In this document: positions 50,407-63,457 of the stretch, in pieces | How positions within the stretch are numbered: the first letter of the stretch is position 1 | Layout of the letters: each line of letters opens with the position of its first letter | Source: Balanoglossus misakiensis | Taxonomy: Eukaryota; Animalia; Hemichordata | Reading direction: 5' to 3' | Length of the DNA stretch: 64,000 nucleotides | NCBI GenBank assembly: GCA_040954595.2 | Contig: CM082583.2 | Span: 9,871,656 to 9,935,655, forward strand | The notes under the pieces: generated by a model | Database searches by the model: none | Told to the model about the DNA's origin: nothing | What the model saw: only the letters and a program-made list of their open reading frames with translations | Program-made: the position numbers and the translations under genes

Positions 50407-53400
50407 CCCAATCTAGAAGCAGACACAGTTGATAGGCCGGTGCGCTGCAACATTATGATAGGTCGTCGAGTACAGTTCAGGACTTTGGGCAAAACTGGTG
50501 TTCTCCTGCATAAAGTTTACAAAAATGTGAATGAAAACTACTCAGGTTTAGCTATTGGACAAGACTTGTAAAATATTTTCCCATATTTGTGTATTCATCT
50601 GACAGTACTTTTCAAGTCTGTATGTACAGACTACATCAGTGTCCAAAGTCTGTTTTAGTACAGTGGGTGTGTGCTGTCAAAGGGGTATGCGGACATGTCA
50701 TTATGAGTTGTGCTGCTATCATCATTTGTCAGCCTCACAGAAGAAAGTATATGTTTTAAAGTATTTGAGGTCAGTGACATCGTAGAAGTCAAGTTCAACT
50801 GTCAAAGAACATAATGTTTTTTAACATATTTATCATTCTGTCATAATGTATTTCAACATCTGTTTTATTGACATTGTACATGTAGCCTCAGTGATGAATT
50901 GTCGTAATTTATTTTCTGGGCGGTAACCAGACCCGGCAATAATCATTCTTTATCTGTCTCTGTTAACAGTCATGTATACTTATTCCTGATGTCAGTGTTG
51001 GAAACAAAAGAATCTTAATGTTTGATCATTTGGGTGTGGGTATGTACTAATATTGCAAGGGTGTACATCCTTATTAACTTTGAATCAACTCTTATAAACG
51101 GAATCTGTCATCGGATGTGCTCAGTTTCAAGTTTTCAAGGAAAGCAAATTGATAACCTGCCAAAATATACTTATGTCTTTAATTTTCTAAATAGTCTTCC
51201 AAGGGAATTCATACAAAAACATTTTTAGGAAGAAGTGGTTGCTATTTTTACTGACATATGAAAGCATCCTTGCTAAACTTGGATTAATTTTACTAAAATA
51301 AATAAAATGGTGTCTTGTGGGCTGAACAATTGATAAGAAGGATGCTACAATTTGGCTCATTATGTAGTTCATGGATTAACTTGAAACTTTGTTTATATGA
51401 TGATTAGATTCCGATAATATATACCGGCTGGACTGGTGATTTTTTTGTGTTTTTATGACTTCTTTTCATAAGGTACACAATTTCAAGTATTTATGTTGTG
51501 TGTAATTCCAGTAATGTTATGCTATGTTAGTGTGATCATTTTTATCGGGTTGGTGGCTTTTTCAAAGTTTCATCTCAGGTGATGTCGTATCCAGTCCTTA
51601 GATTAATAGTCAGCACTGTTTTTGCCCAGTTCTCTATGATACTACATCTGTGAGGTTTTTACTGGTGTCAGCAAGAATTTGAGAAATCCTGATGATGTAT
51701 GAAAGGCAAATATTGTGTGACCCACAGTGTGACCTCATGTTATTTTTGTCTGTGTGAAATCTTTTTAACATAAGCCAGCTGTGTACTGTTTGGTCTGCCG
51801 ACTAAAATGCCAGGTCTTACCTGGGGTGGAGTAGATTTTTGTGTCTGTACAATCTATGCTATCTGACCTCCCCTAAGGTAGGGGCAAGCACAACCTAGAA
51901 TACAAGTGATTCTGAATTAATTGGACCAATCAAAACCAAGAGCGTTGATAATTTTGTAACAGTTGTACAAAATGTCTCTGTCAATCACATTCAGGGAATT
52001 TTTTGAAACCTAAAACTCTTCGTAACACAGCAATAATAGCAGAGGATGAATCTGTGAGACAAATACATCGATTTGACCCTTTCATATGGGTCAATCCCAT
52101 GGTGCATTTGGCAGCTGGTGGGGGCAATAGACCGAGGAAAAGCAATTTTCTGTTTGTCTTGCGTAGATACATACAAAAGATGGTTGTGCAGTTTTTTTCA
52201 TTTACATGTGACGTGTACCATGCCAGAAGCACAAGTCTTGCCAAGATATGTCATTAGACTCGGAGGTTGTGAATTGTGAGGAAAGATTTGGAGGTCTGGG
52301 TTGGTTCATCAGCTCTTTGTTGGCTGGTTGTGTTCTCTGACAAAAGCGTCTGCGATTAAGGACTCGTATTACAAAGTATGAAGGATGTGAGAGAGGTCTG
52401 AGAAAGGCCAGATGGCCAAATATTCTTGCTGGAACAACGTTCAAGGTCAAGGTCATTTGAAAGTGTGCTGAAAATACATATAACTCCTGGAAGGCTGATT
52501 ACTATATCAATTATATATTAAATTTTTTTCCAGCAATAGGACGTTCCTGGGGCAAGTGATTTACGAGATGATGGTGTGTCTTTTTGAAAATGTTTTTAAT
52601 GTCGCGAAGGGGAGATAAGATAACAGACATGCTGCCCAAAATTGAATGAGAGTTTTTAAAGTGTGAGTTTAAAAGTTTTATGATGCCTGAATATAAATGA
52701 ATTTAAATGACTTCATGGTCCAGTTCAGATTTCTTCATGTTGAAGTATTGTCCATTTTCTGGAGTGATCGATTAAAGTGAGAAACACTGAAGAAAACCAC
52801 GTGACTTGCACTTCAAATTAGAAATGTTTACATTGTGAAATATACCTTGTAATATGTACATACATTCATATTGTCTGATGTTGCCATATTTGTATATAGA
52901 TTTGCTGGTTGCTGCATATTGATATGTTCATTTCAATTTCTCACTTATGTGAAGTTGACAAATCTTAATTAAACCAAGTAAATAAGTATTTTATCATGTT
53001 AATGCCTGGAAAGTATTGAACTATAAAGAGTGCAATGGCTGTGTGGATAAGATGTGGATAGAGAATGAGAGGATTATTTTATTGTGCTTTGAAGGTGAAA
53101 CGAAAGATTTGATACATTTAGACGTAATCTGGTGATGAGTATAAAATTATGTGAATTTCACGTTATCAATTGTGCTAGGGGTTGTGTTTACTTGTAGAAG
53201 CAGGCATTTGATGGATCAGATATTTGGAAAGGCTTGATGTGTTACACTAATCGTAGCAGTTTTGTGGGGTACACAGCTCTTGATGGTTTCTGGGATTTCT
53301 TTTCCCGCCACCAGCAGCTGAAACCAAAGTCAGGACATGTAGAGATAGAAACTGTCAAAGTGACATGGGGGGGGGGGGGGGGGGGGGGGGGGGCTGTGGA

Positions 53401-54760
53401 CACCCCAGACTCTTCTGAAAGCTGCTTCACAATCCTTTTCACTCTTTGCAATTATCACTGGAGGCGGGTTATTTATTGTACAAACTCTTTGAATTTACAA
53501 TGACTAGTTTGATATGCTGCTGAATTTCTGTGGGGTTTCCCGCAAACGTCTAATTTCTTATAAAAATAATTGCAGCAAGTGATTTGTCATTTGTTGATGT
53601 CCTCGTCATATGAAGGAAAAAAATATACTAACAGACCAGAAGAATATATTTTTGCAGATTTTGTTTTTAAAATGTATGCTTTACGCATAGTCCTGAATTT
53701 GTGGGTGGTTGATCTTTTTACTTGAGTTTTATATATAAATGCTCAAAATTTGAGTGGAAATTTGGACAGTTTGTTTGTTTGTCTTCCTTTCCAAATGCAA
53801 GTTTGCATTCATTGCAGAATGTAAGATTGAATTCATTTCGAGGTTTCACACTAGTTGATGAATCACTGCCTGTTAAGGGGTTGTTGTGGGTGAAATTTTA
53901 AAAATGTAATGTTATGTCATGAACTTGGTGTTGATGATTTTTTGTACTTCATGCTTTGTAAATGAGTTTACAAAATAAATGCCCCAGAACTGAACAGAAT
54001 ATTTTGATAATACGAATGGTGCTACTGAGAATGACTCTTGGCTTAAGGTCACCAGATCTCTGCTCAGGTTTGGTGACGGCCATTTTGAATGTCAGGTTTC
54101 CATGGGTTTTGTTGCTAGGCGCTAGAAGCATTATGGCAGTGAAAATAAAGGCTATTTTTTGTATTCTGAAATTTTACAATATGAATGATATAACAGGACT
54201 GGAAATGTTTTTTTATGACTACTATTATTGTTCGAACTATTTAACAAATGTTTTGTGCTTTGCCTAGAAAAAAGAATGCTCAATTAACAGTGTTTCAACT
54301 TGTGAAAAATGTTAGTGTGTACAAGAAACAGAGGCTATAGAATCACACTAGATCTGTTGCAGTCCAGGGGTTGGAAGGACTGTGGATCTTATTTTATCAA
54401 TTTACAGAAATATGCCATAGTTCCAGGTAATCAACTTCAAGGTAATATCAAAACCTTGCAAATGATATATTGAATATACAAAGTGTCAGATTTTTCTTTT
54501 AATTAACTTGTGTATCAAACAGTTATTCTCATTATTTAATCAAGTATACTGTATCTTATTTTTGTGTGAGTTGACTTGTCTTTTTTTAAGCACAACTGTA
54601 ATTTATTACTGTGATTTTTTTCCTAACTGTGTGTCGAGAAAGTACTACATGTAGAAAAAAAAGTTCTGCCTTTCAACTTTGTGGGCGATTTCTCATGTTT
54701 TTTCATCTATTTTGTGTACTTAATTTAATATTATAGACATCAAGATTTATCAATAAACTG
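50407..54760 (+). other. Probable ~4.3-kb 3' UTR of the KLF gene
   Basis: U-rich non-coding tract up to AATAAA at ~54752; several TGTAHATA-type motifs. Confidence 0.45.
53367..53393 (+). repeat. G27 homopolymer
   Basis: Uninterrupted run of G. Confidence 0.9.
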
Positions 54761-55056
54761 TATCAAATGAATACCATTTAACCCTGTGCAATTTTTGTCA
54801 TTCTTTCTGTACAAAAAATTTTATTTCACTATCTGTGTTGCCAAGTGCATTTGAAGGCTGTCTCATGGCATGGTTGTCTAGATGTATGCACCCTCTGAAA
54901 AATGGCATTGACATTCACTGCAACTTATTAGATAAGCACGTTATGTAATCTCAACACTTTCAAAACAGTGCTTAGCTATGAATAATGATGAACCAGTTCG
55001 TTTGTACACATATGAATTAGAAATTTTGCATGCATAATAATGCGAGAGTGAAGTAC

Positions 55057-55071
55057 GCCACCAGAGGGCGC
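55057..55071 (+). promoter_or_regulatory. Strong CTCF-type motif between the KLF 3' end and the CREB3 promoter
   Basis: GCCACCAGAGGGCGC. Confidence 0.65.
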
Positions 55072-55139
55072 CCGTGGTATGAAACAGTTAATGTTCGGCG
55101 CTCTTCGGGTCTGCCATCGGTCTTTCTCGGCATTCATGG

Positions 55140-55370
55140 TTGGCCACGTCATCTTCTGCTACGTTGCTGTGTTGAAGGGATGACCTCATTTACCTAAAAT
55201 AACCCATCTCCGCCTTGACGTAACTGACGAAAACTTGAGGAAGCGTCAGTTTCTTTACCTGGTGGCTGTTCCCGACAAACAACAACAGCGCGAGGTTCTT
55301 TTTACCGATAATATTTGCCATTTATGCGACAAGACTGGATTAGGGTGAATCCGTTTGGGCTTGACGTCTA
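55140..55370 (+). promoter_or_regulatory. CREB3 promoter / 5' region with UPRE and CRE-like sites
   Basis: GCCACGTCA (reverse TGACGTGGC) ~55143, TTGACGTAA ~55215, GCGTCA ~55243, TTGACGTC ~55361. Confidence 0.55.
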
Positions 55371-55456
55371 GTCTGTTGCTGTTGTTGTGTTGCTAGTGTT
55401 TACACGTGTTGACGGACTTCACTTTGAACTTTTAAGAGCTCTCTCAGTCAGGAAAA

Positions 55457-58165
55457 ATGGCGACAACTGCACCGGCCGTGTTGGACTTGTTGTTCGAGAC
55501 GGACGGTGTACTTATCGGCGATGCTTTCGTCGGTAGTACATCTACGTCCCCGATTGCCATAGAGGAAGACATGCAAAACCCCGAGGTGAGATGCAGTGTT
55601 TTGTAGCAACACTTTTAGGTATTCGTCTGTGCACGATCAGTGTTTACTTTTTTAATCAACGGCGATAATCCTCGGCCGTCAGGTCTATGACGCACCATGT
55701 ATCATTCATAGACCACCAAATACACAAACTCACATTTGCATGTACGAGCATGAAATAGATACTTTCGGTTCATGTGCCCCACCCCCTAAATGACACGAAA
55801 TATGTATGGTTTCGTCTTGGATAAAAAGTATGAAACGTTGTCACGTGACCCGTGTTTGTTACATGCATTGATTTAAGATATAAGATGTGAATGTGATTTG
55901 TTGAACATGAAGTTGATCATAGTACAATAATGTACATTGGTGATGTTATCGGTCAATCTTTTTCTCTCCCTCCGAAGGACTCGGTGAGCATTGATGAGTT
56001 TTTTTCATCATTGCTACCACTGGATGATAACACTGACATGATAGGAGAACCCAGCCCACAGCAGTGTACATCTCCATTGAACAGTGACAGTGGCATTTCA
56101 GAGGATAATTCAGGGCAGTCAGAAAACAGCCCACTACCGTTCGAAAATGGAGAAATCAACGGAGTGTCATTCTACGAACACACTACAGATACTTCCAGTA
56201 TCTTGATAGAAGAGGGAAAGGACATTGAATCATGTACTACAGTCTGTGATGAAGATATGATATATTCAGGTAATGCCAACCAACCACCCAGCCAATCAAC
56301 ATCAAGACTATAGCTAAACCTTGCTTTGAAATGCATGTATTACTGGCTTTAAGTTAAAATATCAGTTTTATGTCATAATATGCTATGTTTGAGCAGTTTG
56401 CAATGGTTAGCACAGTTCTTATCGCCTTACTTTCATTTCTACCTATCAGATTGGACAGACTGTTTCAGACTATCGGATTCTGAAAAACTCAAAACTACTT
56501 TACCTTTCACACTGCAAGATGCCAAGAACGAGCAAAACATTCTGGTCACCAGACAAGAGACAGACCTAAAGGTAAGTGTTGGCTGCAGTCGTTAGGAGGA
56601 ACGTGAAACATCTTCCAACTTTTGGCGTTGCGTCATAGAGTGGCAGTTTTCAACTGGGACAGTTTTTCTTTCAAACCATGATAACCTATTTCTGTTATAT
56701 TTTATTTTAATTCCACTTTAGAAATATCCAGAACTTATGTTAACAGAGGAAGAAAAGAGGTTGTTACAAGAGATGAACACAGTTCTGCCAAATGACATGC
56801 CACTGACAAAGGTAATTGTTTTCCTGCTCTGAAATATACACAGATACAAATATTAGCAAACTCATCTGTGCCAATGAAATCTGAACTGAATTTGTCATTT
56901 TATTGAAGGAAGAAGAAAGGACACTGAAGGCTGTGCGAAGGAAAATCAGAAACAAGGTGAGCATTGGTACATTGTACTGTAATTTTGCACAAAAGAGATA
57001 TTTATAAAACAATTCTTGAATTAATAAAATTACTTTTTCTCCTGTCTCAGCAATCTGCCCAAGAAAGTCGAAAAAGGAAGAAAGAATATGTGGATGGTCT
57101 TGAGCACAGAGTAACAGCTTGTACAAAGCAGAACATAGAACTACAGAGAAAGGTGGAGAGGCTGGAGAAGCAGAATGTGTAAGTACATGTAAGGTGTTCA
57201 TGGATGTGTGTTGGAAGTTTTATCTTTGTAGCTGATTAAAAATGCAAAACTTGATGCTGACTATATGTTCATTTTTTCCTTTGTAATAGCTCCCTCGTTG
57301 AACAGTTGAAGAAACTACAAGCCTTGATAACCAGAACTAGCACCAAAACAACACAAACAAGTACATGTGTTATGGTAAGTGGCCAATTTCATTGTTATTT
57401 TCCACAAGAGATTACATTTCATGTGTTTTGGTTTTTGAAAGTCTATGAACCCAGGACTCATTGTGCATGTACTGTTACTACACGATGATAAGCCATCACT
57501 ATAAGTATTTCTTCATTTCTACCATCCACAGGTACTGCTGGTGTCGTTCGCTCTCCTGGTCGTGCCAAGCTACAACCCATTCAAAAGTTCAACGCAACCA
57601 GCTGCCTACGAACCCACTGGAGGTAAGAAATTCCTGTCATTTGTCAAGCAGTAACATGAGACATGCTGAATCATTATTGTCAGAGCCTTGTGCTTGACCC
57701 TGTATCTCTCTTGTACACATGACATTAGACTCTCTCACAGCCCACGTGTATTTCTCTGTTACAGTTGTCACTCGTACGCTAAAACAGAACACAGTGCCAC
57801 CAGTAACAGACACCATGGTAGTTGCTGGAGATCCGTACAGCTTCACAAAAGGTCCCGAAGAAAACTGGCCCGCAGAACCTCCGAAAAGCGTGATTGGTGA
57901 GGATATAGAACTTGAGAAGAGTACAGAGAACACGCCTGTTGTTTCAGAAGTTGCATCGAATGGTGACAGCGAGGTGAAAGCAGTGGACAGTAAAGCGGTC
58001 AACATCGTCCAGAACGGAGCCAGTCAGGAACTGCCGCAGGGAGTGGTACAAGAGCTGCATGATAAACCTGGGATCAAAGTCAACAAAACGCTCGGCAAAG
58101 ATATTCATCTTGCGCAGCAGCAAAATGGAGCCAGGAAGAACATTGTCCTAAATGATGAGATGTGA
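55457..58165 (+). CDS. CREB3: CREB3-family (Luman/CREB3L3/CREB3L4-type) ER-membrane bZIP factor
   Basis: Exons 55457-55585, 55978-56269, 56450-56571, 56722-56811, 56909-56956, 57051-57178, 57290-57374, 57532-57622, 57765-58165. Motifs [23 protein letters not shown]...[38 protein letters not shown], transmembrane [16 protein letters not shown], and S1P-type site RTLK. Confidence 0.95.
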
Positions 58166-59423
58166 GATATGAAGACACCAAAAAAATGAGTGAAAACTGT
58201 TTGAGTATTGATGTTTGTTGTGGTGATGATTCTCAAATGTAGATGTGCCCCCACCTTGTATTGACAGACACGGCACACAATCCCACGACAGAGACAAAAT
58301 CGAATAGTCTCACAACGTTGCTGTGTAGCAGATATGGCACACAAAACTCCCAACAGACAGACAAAGCCAATTTCTGTACATACCAAAATGTGGCGAAAAA
58401 GAGTCCACTTCAGGGAAAAAGAAACAGTGCTACATCAGATGTGGCACAGAAACTGACTAAAGAGGCAGTGAAAGTGACACTGATCCCAGAAATATTGAAT
58501 GTTCCCAAGTTTCTATTTTACCAGTGTTGATGCAGACAGTGTCTGCTATATTTAGTGTTTCATCATGAAATATTTTATCAAAGACGGTAGTACAAGCTGT
58601 ACTGAAACTATTTTGTACCCAAGAATTCCAAACACTTTGTGCGTAGATCTGTGAGTGACAGAAAAGAATCCAGTTGGCATTACTGTAATAAAGTTGCAAA
58701 TGTATGTATCTGTACATTTTAGATGGCTTAGAATTGAATCAGTCCCTGTATGTGAAGGATTGAATTCTATTTAATTTTTTGAGATGTAAAAATGTGGTGT
58801 TTTGGCACAAAGCAGTTTACTTTGCTTCTGTGGTAAAAGTGAATATGGAAGAGGTGCAAATAAATGCTATGAGATAGGACTCCACGTTGTTTTGTCGTAT
58901 CATTTTCAGGTGTGTGTCTCTGATATCTGTCATTCTCACGAGGCAGTCGACAAGGAACAGACTTGCAGCAAATGGGCCTTTAATAAACTTATATAATACT
59001 AGTACATTGTTGTGAACAATGGAGCAAAATAATATAAATCTGTGTTTTTGTCTTTGACTTGCTAATAATACATACAGTCACCTGATCTAGCCAATCACTG
59101 ATTTTCACGATTTTTTATACCCAGTCATGTAAATGATATGTAAAATAATATTAGCCACCTGCCGTATGGTGATTTGCATATACTGAATCATGATGTGAAA
59201 TACAACACTGAAAAGCAACTAACATATATGACTATACAATGCAACGATTATAGGGTCTACTTATTTTGCAGGACATCTGAAGACACATTGTTCATATATA
59301 CACAAATACCCAGTACTGATTACATGACAAACACTGTACACATCTACAGCTAAGCTGCCCAGTTTCAAAATGTTCTTGGCTGCCAACTCTGGATTAAATG
59401 TGTTACCACATGGCTACATACTA

Positions 59424-60404
59424 TCAGTGTATGTAATTATCAAAACCTTGCTGAAATATTTTGATCTCTTTAGGATTAGATTTGGCTATCTTCATCATGA
59501 CATCTTTGCTTGGCGGGATCTTGAAACAGCCTAATTCAACGCTTTCGACGATGACTGCATACAGTCTGGCATCCAGCTTGGCACATCCAGAGACTGAGCT
59601 TGATGAAAACTCCATGTTATAGAACTGCAGGCACAGACTAAAATATTTTTCAAGATACGGAATTCCAAAACAGATTGGTGGGGGATTCCTCACTGTTGAG
59701 AGATGACAACAACGATACATATGTATGATACCAAAGTATCTTCTTTAAGCATTTAGGGGCTCAGCAAAGTCATTTAGGGGTTCAGCGAGGTTTTTTTCCT
59801 GTCTGTAAAAATGTACACCCCAAGGAAAGATCTCCCAAGGGTCTATGTGAAAACAAACTTACCTGATACAGTTTCATTGAAGACAACCCGTCCTCCAAGT
59901 GATATGGTGAATGAAATGCCATACTGGTCAGGGAGATAGGATAGATTCATACATGCTACAGACAAAACAAAACGGGGATATTACAAATTTTTCGTGACAA
60001 GATTTGATCTTCTCTTACCCTGGAGTGAGAGAATTACCTTTGCATGATTTTTTTCTATTTTACATTATCATCTCAAGAGTCATAATTTACCTTAATTTAC
60101 TCTATTTACCTGTTGTGTTGAGTTCAATCTTTTCCACCACAAGATCAGCACAACATCCACATGATGTAGAATTACATTCACAGCCAGTAGATTCCAAATC
60201 TGCACCTGTAAATGTCATGATTTACAATTTAGTAGAGAGAGATGCACACGGGGATGTGGGAGGGGAGACCCCGGAGGGGGAGAGACAACACTCAGATCTT
60301 GCCTTACCTTGCAAATCACGAAGTGTGTTGTAAGGTACCTTTGTTGCACCACACCAGTGTGCGAAAACTGCACAGAGTACAACAAAAACCACTAAAGATT
60401 TCAT
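59424..60404 (-). CDS. Secreted Cys-rich DUF4773-like protein (184 aa)
   Basis: Exons 60308-60404, 60110-60205, 59863-59955, 59424-59692, all introns phase 1. Signal peptide MKSLVVFVVLCAVFA; CECNSTSCGCC...CMNLSY...SVRNPPPICFGIP...LCLQFY...GC...LGCF. Confidence 0.85.
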
Positions 60405-60764
60405 TTTGCAGACTACAGACATTATTTTCACGACGACGACTGCTGCTGACCTTTCACCTGCACGATGCGCCCTCTCCAGGCGAACTTTAGTTTCGAGGTC
60501 AAAAGTGTATTACTATGGTTTCACGAAAGCGTCTACGTACGTCCATTTCATTGACACCCAAGAAGTGTGTTGTTTATACTGCGTATGTTCTAATCAATTG
60601 AGGGTGGGACGATTCCTTCAGGTGAGTCGTCGACCTCTACCCATTGTCGCCTCTGAATGCAATGTGTATGACGTAGATTGCTGTATTTTCACCGGTACAG
60701 CGGCACCAGATTTGATCCTCCGCTTACTTCGCGATCGTTGTCTTTGACTCCAGAGTCGAGCGAA

Positions 60765-62388
60765 ATGGACCGATCAAAGGGAAATTCATCGACGCCGAAA
60801 GGAGCCAAGCCCAAGAAGAAACCTGCGGGTTCAAACCTCGCTGTTCCAGCATCGACTGGGCGGTCGAAATCACTCTCGCCCAAACAGTCAAATAGTAGAG
60901 CTGTCTTGCCCAAAGGCATGAAGAGTGTTGACATGGTAAAATTCGAAGGACCTGATGGTCAAGTTATGTTGGCTCCAAAAGGTGGGTGTCCATGTCAATA
61001 TTTCACAATATCAATCATTGTAACGTATGCTGCTTCTCTTTCTGGTGGATAATTCTCCAGTTTTTTGTGTTGTGTATTGTATTTTGTATAGGTTATAGCA
61101 TGAGGCCAGTGATACCAGCCGAGAAGAAAGAATTGGTGTCTGTAGCAAGAGCCATGCACAGAGAAGAGTTTGGACCGAGAGTCAAGAAATTATTTGATCC
61201 AGAGACCCAGGCTGCTACAGATGCTATTAAATCGGGTATGGTGTGACTTTGTTTCTAGTGACAATGTTTTTTTTAAAGCAGAATATAGTATAATAATCAG
61301 CTATGATTGGTAATTGCACCCTACCTTTTTTTTTCTGTGGATCATCATGGTTTTTTTTTATTTGTTTATCCAGGAATTTACGTTGGATGGCGATGTCCTG
61401 ACTTCAAGTGGGACTGTATTCGAGTAAGCAGGCAATCAAGATGTTTCTGTGGACATATGCTCTCAGAACATGCGCCATATAATGGTAAGTCTTGTGTAGT
61501 TTGCATATATATTCATGTCCTCCCATCACTATATTGCTATTTTGCCAATAAATTTCAGTTTTAACATTTTTTACCAACATTTAGGGAAGAGTGTACGGGT
61601 GCCATGTAAAGAAGGGGGTTGTCGATGCAAAGCATTTGCCTTCATCCCTGGCAGACCGGAAGATATTGGAGAGTTCTGGTTTCAGAGACGTCGAGATTTT
61701 GATCCAACAACATGGCGAGCCAAATGTCGCTGTAAACACTCTCATGAAGATCATGATCCTCATACCAAACGATGCAGAGGTATCAAACTTATTTTCATGT
61801 CAAGTTTTTAAATGAAAAGTGTGATAGAAGAGGCATATTTACCATTTCTTTAAATGTAAATATAAATTTTTGAGTTGTTTTTAGTTATTAAGGCGCTAGT
61901 GGAAATTTGCCATCACTTTTCTCACCCGCATCACACATTTTCACTGATTTTCTCTACTCAGCTTGTGGTTGTGGTATATTCAACTCCAACTTCCTCTGTG
62001 CAGCCTGTAACAAACATTGGGAGGAGCATGAGACAGTGTTTGAAACTGAAGATTACCGTCATATGAACGGTATACCTTATGGTGAGTGAGAGACCAGAGA
62101 ATTTAATTACCTGACAGCATGTTTGATTTGGAGGCATCACGTTTATCACACGCCTCAGCGGCTCATAGATTCATCTCTCTAAACACATTTTCAGGGGAGG
62201 ACTACCTGCCATTTGCCGAGATGCCGGAAATGCGCAACATGGCACTGACGGGCCAGGATGACAATCCGGGAATCTACCGAGCGCTCATGGAAGGCGAGGG
62301 CAACATTCCGCGGAACAGAGCCATAACACAGGACACGCCATACCGCCCTCCCAAGTCTGGATCCAACTTCAAACCGGTTTACGACTGA
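60765..62388 (+). CDS. FAM221B: FAM221B-like protein
   Basis: Six coding exons (~60765-60981, 61092-61235, 61374-61484, 61585-61779, 61962-62081, 62195-62388). ELVSVARAMHREEFG...GIYVGWRCP...DCIRVS..SRCFCGH...IPGRPEDIGEFW...WRAKCRCKHSHEDH...FNSNFLCAACNKHWEEHETVFE...YLPFAEMP. Confidence 0.9.
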
Positions 62389-62839
62389 TGCGCTGTGGCA
62401 CCCCCTGATGGTCAAGCATCGGTAGTGCCATCCCTTCATCAGAGGCTTATATCGTACATTTACAAGCTCTCCACTCATGCACTCACACATGTACATTGTA
62501 TTTTCACTGTTTGCACATTTACACAGCTTTTAATGCCCACATTCTTAGTATAACTTGCAAATGGGTGCAATCTTTCACAAGCCACGCTGAGTTTTTAACT
62601 TTATTATCTTTCCATTGTTTTGAGATGGATAAGCAAGGCTAATATAGTGAAACAGATAGTGACAACCACAGTAAAAGACAGTGAGTGGAACAGTTATCCG
62701 TCCAAAAGCGCTAGCGTTATTTACAAAACTTGTTTTTGAAGTTCAGGCAGTGTTCAACATAACATGGTTTTTATGCAGTGTTTATAGATCGGCAGTGTTC
62801 AACATCCCCCCGCCCCCTGTCGGTTCAGTGCTGATTGAG

Positions 62840-63457
62840 TTACTGGCTAATGTACACAAATGTAACCATCAGAGCAATACGAGCAATGTTGTGACCAACT
62901 GTGATGAGAAAGAGTCCAAGGGTACGACCTTCAAAGGCATAGTGAGGCGCCTCAAGGGCAGCATCAAGTGCAGTGACACCACACGTCACCATGGCGATTG
63001 TCTTCAAGGCACTGCCAAAATCGACGTAGCTGTAGAAAATATGATACAGTTAGTCTTCTGTTGGCTGGAGTCAATGTCAAGTTGAAACTTGATCACTTAA
63101 TAGTGTCTCATGTAACTTAAAAATAATGTACTGTTTTACCAGAAGTTGATATTTAAAAAGTCACCCTACTTTTTTCAAATATTTCAAATTTCTTTTCTGC
63201 ATCTACCCACATATACATGTAATGTACCCGTTGTAATGCGCAGATTAAAATACTTACAACAATGCCAAATCAGCAATGACTGCAAGAGCCAAATCTGAGA
63301 GCATTGCAATCGCGTAAGGTAGTGAACTTCGCGTCAGGTCTTCGTGAGTTTTGCCAACACATTTTAACCAGCGATTGGCAAAAAGTATTGGTGAATACCA
63401 AAGGGCACCAACAACCTGGCTGAATATTGTTGCAAGGATGATTGTTACCAGTGACAT
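62840..63457 (-). CDS. DUF1761-like small multi-pass membrane protein (129 aa), one coding intron
   Basis: Exons 63258-63457 and 62840-63029 (phase 2, GTAAGT...CAG). IILATIFSQVVGALWYSPILFANRW...HYAFEGRTLGLFLITVGHN matches the DUF1761 pattern (GxLWYSP.LFG..W; FE.R...L.LI..GY). Confidence 0.8.
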
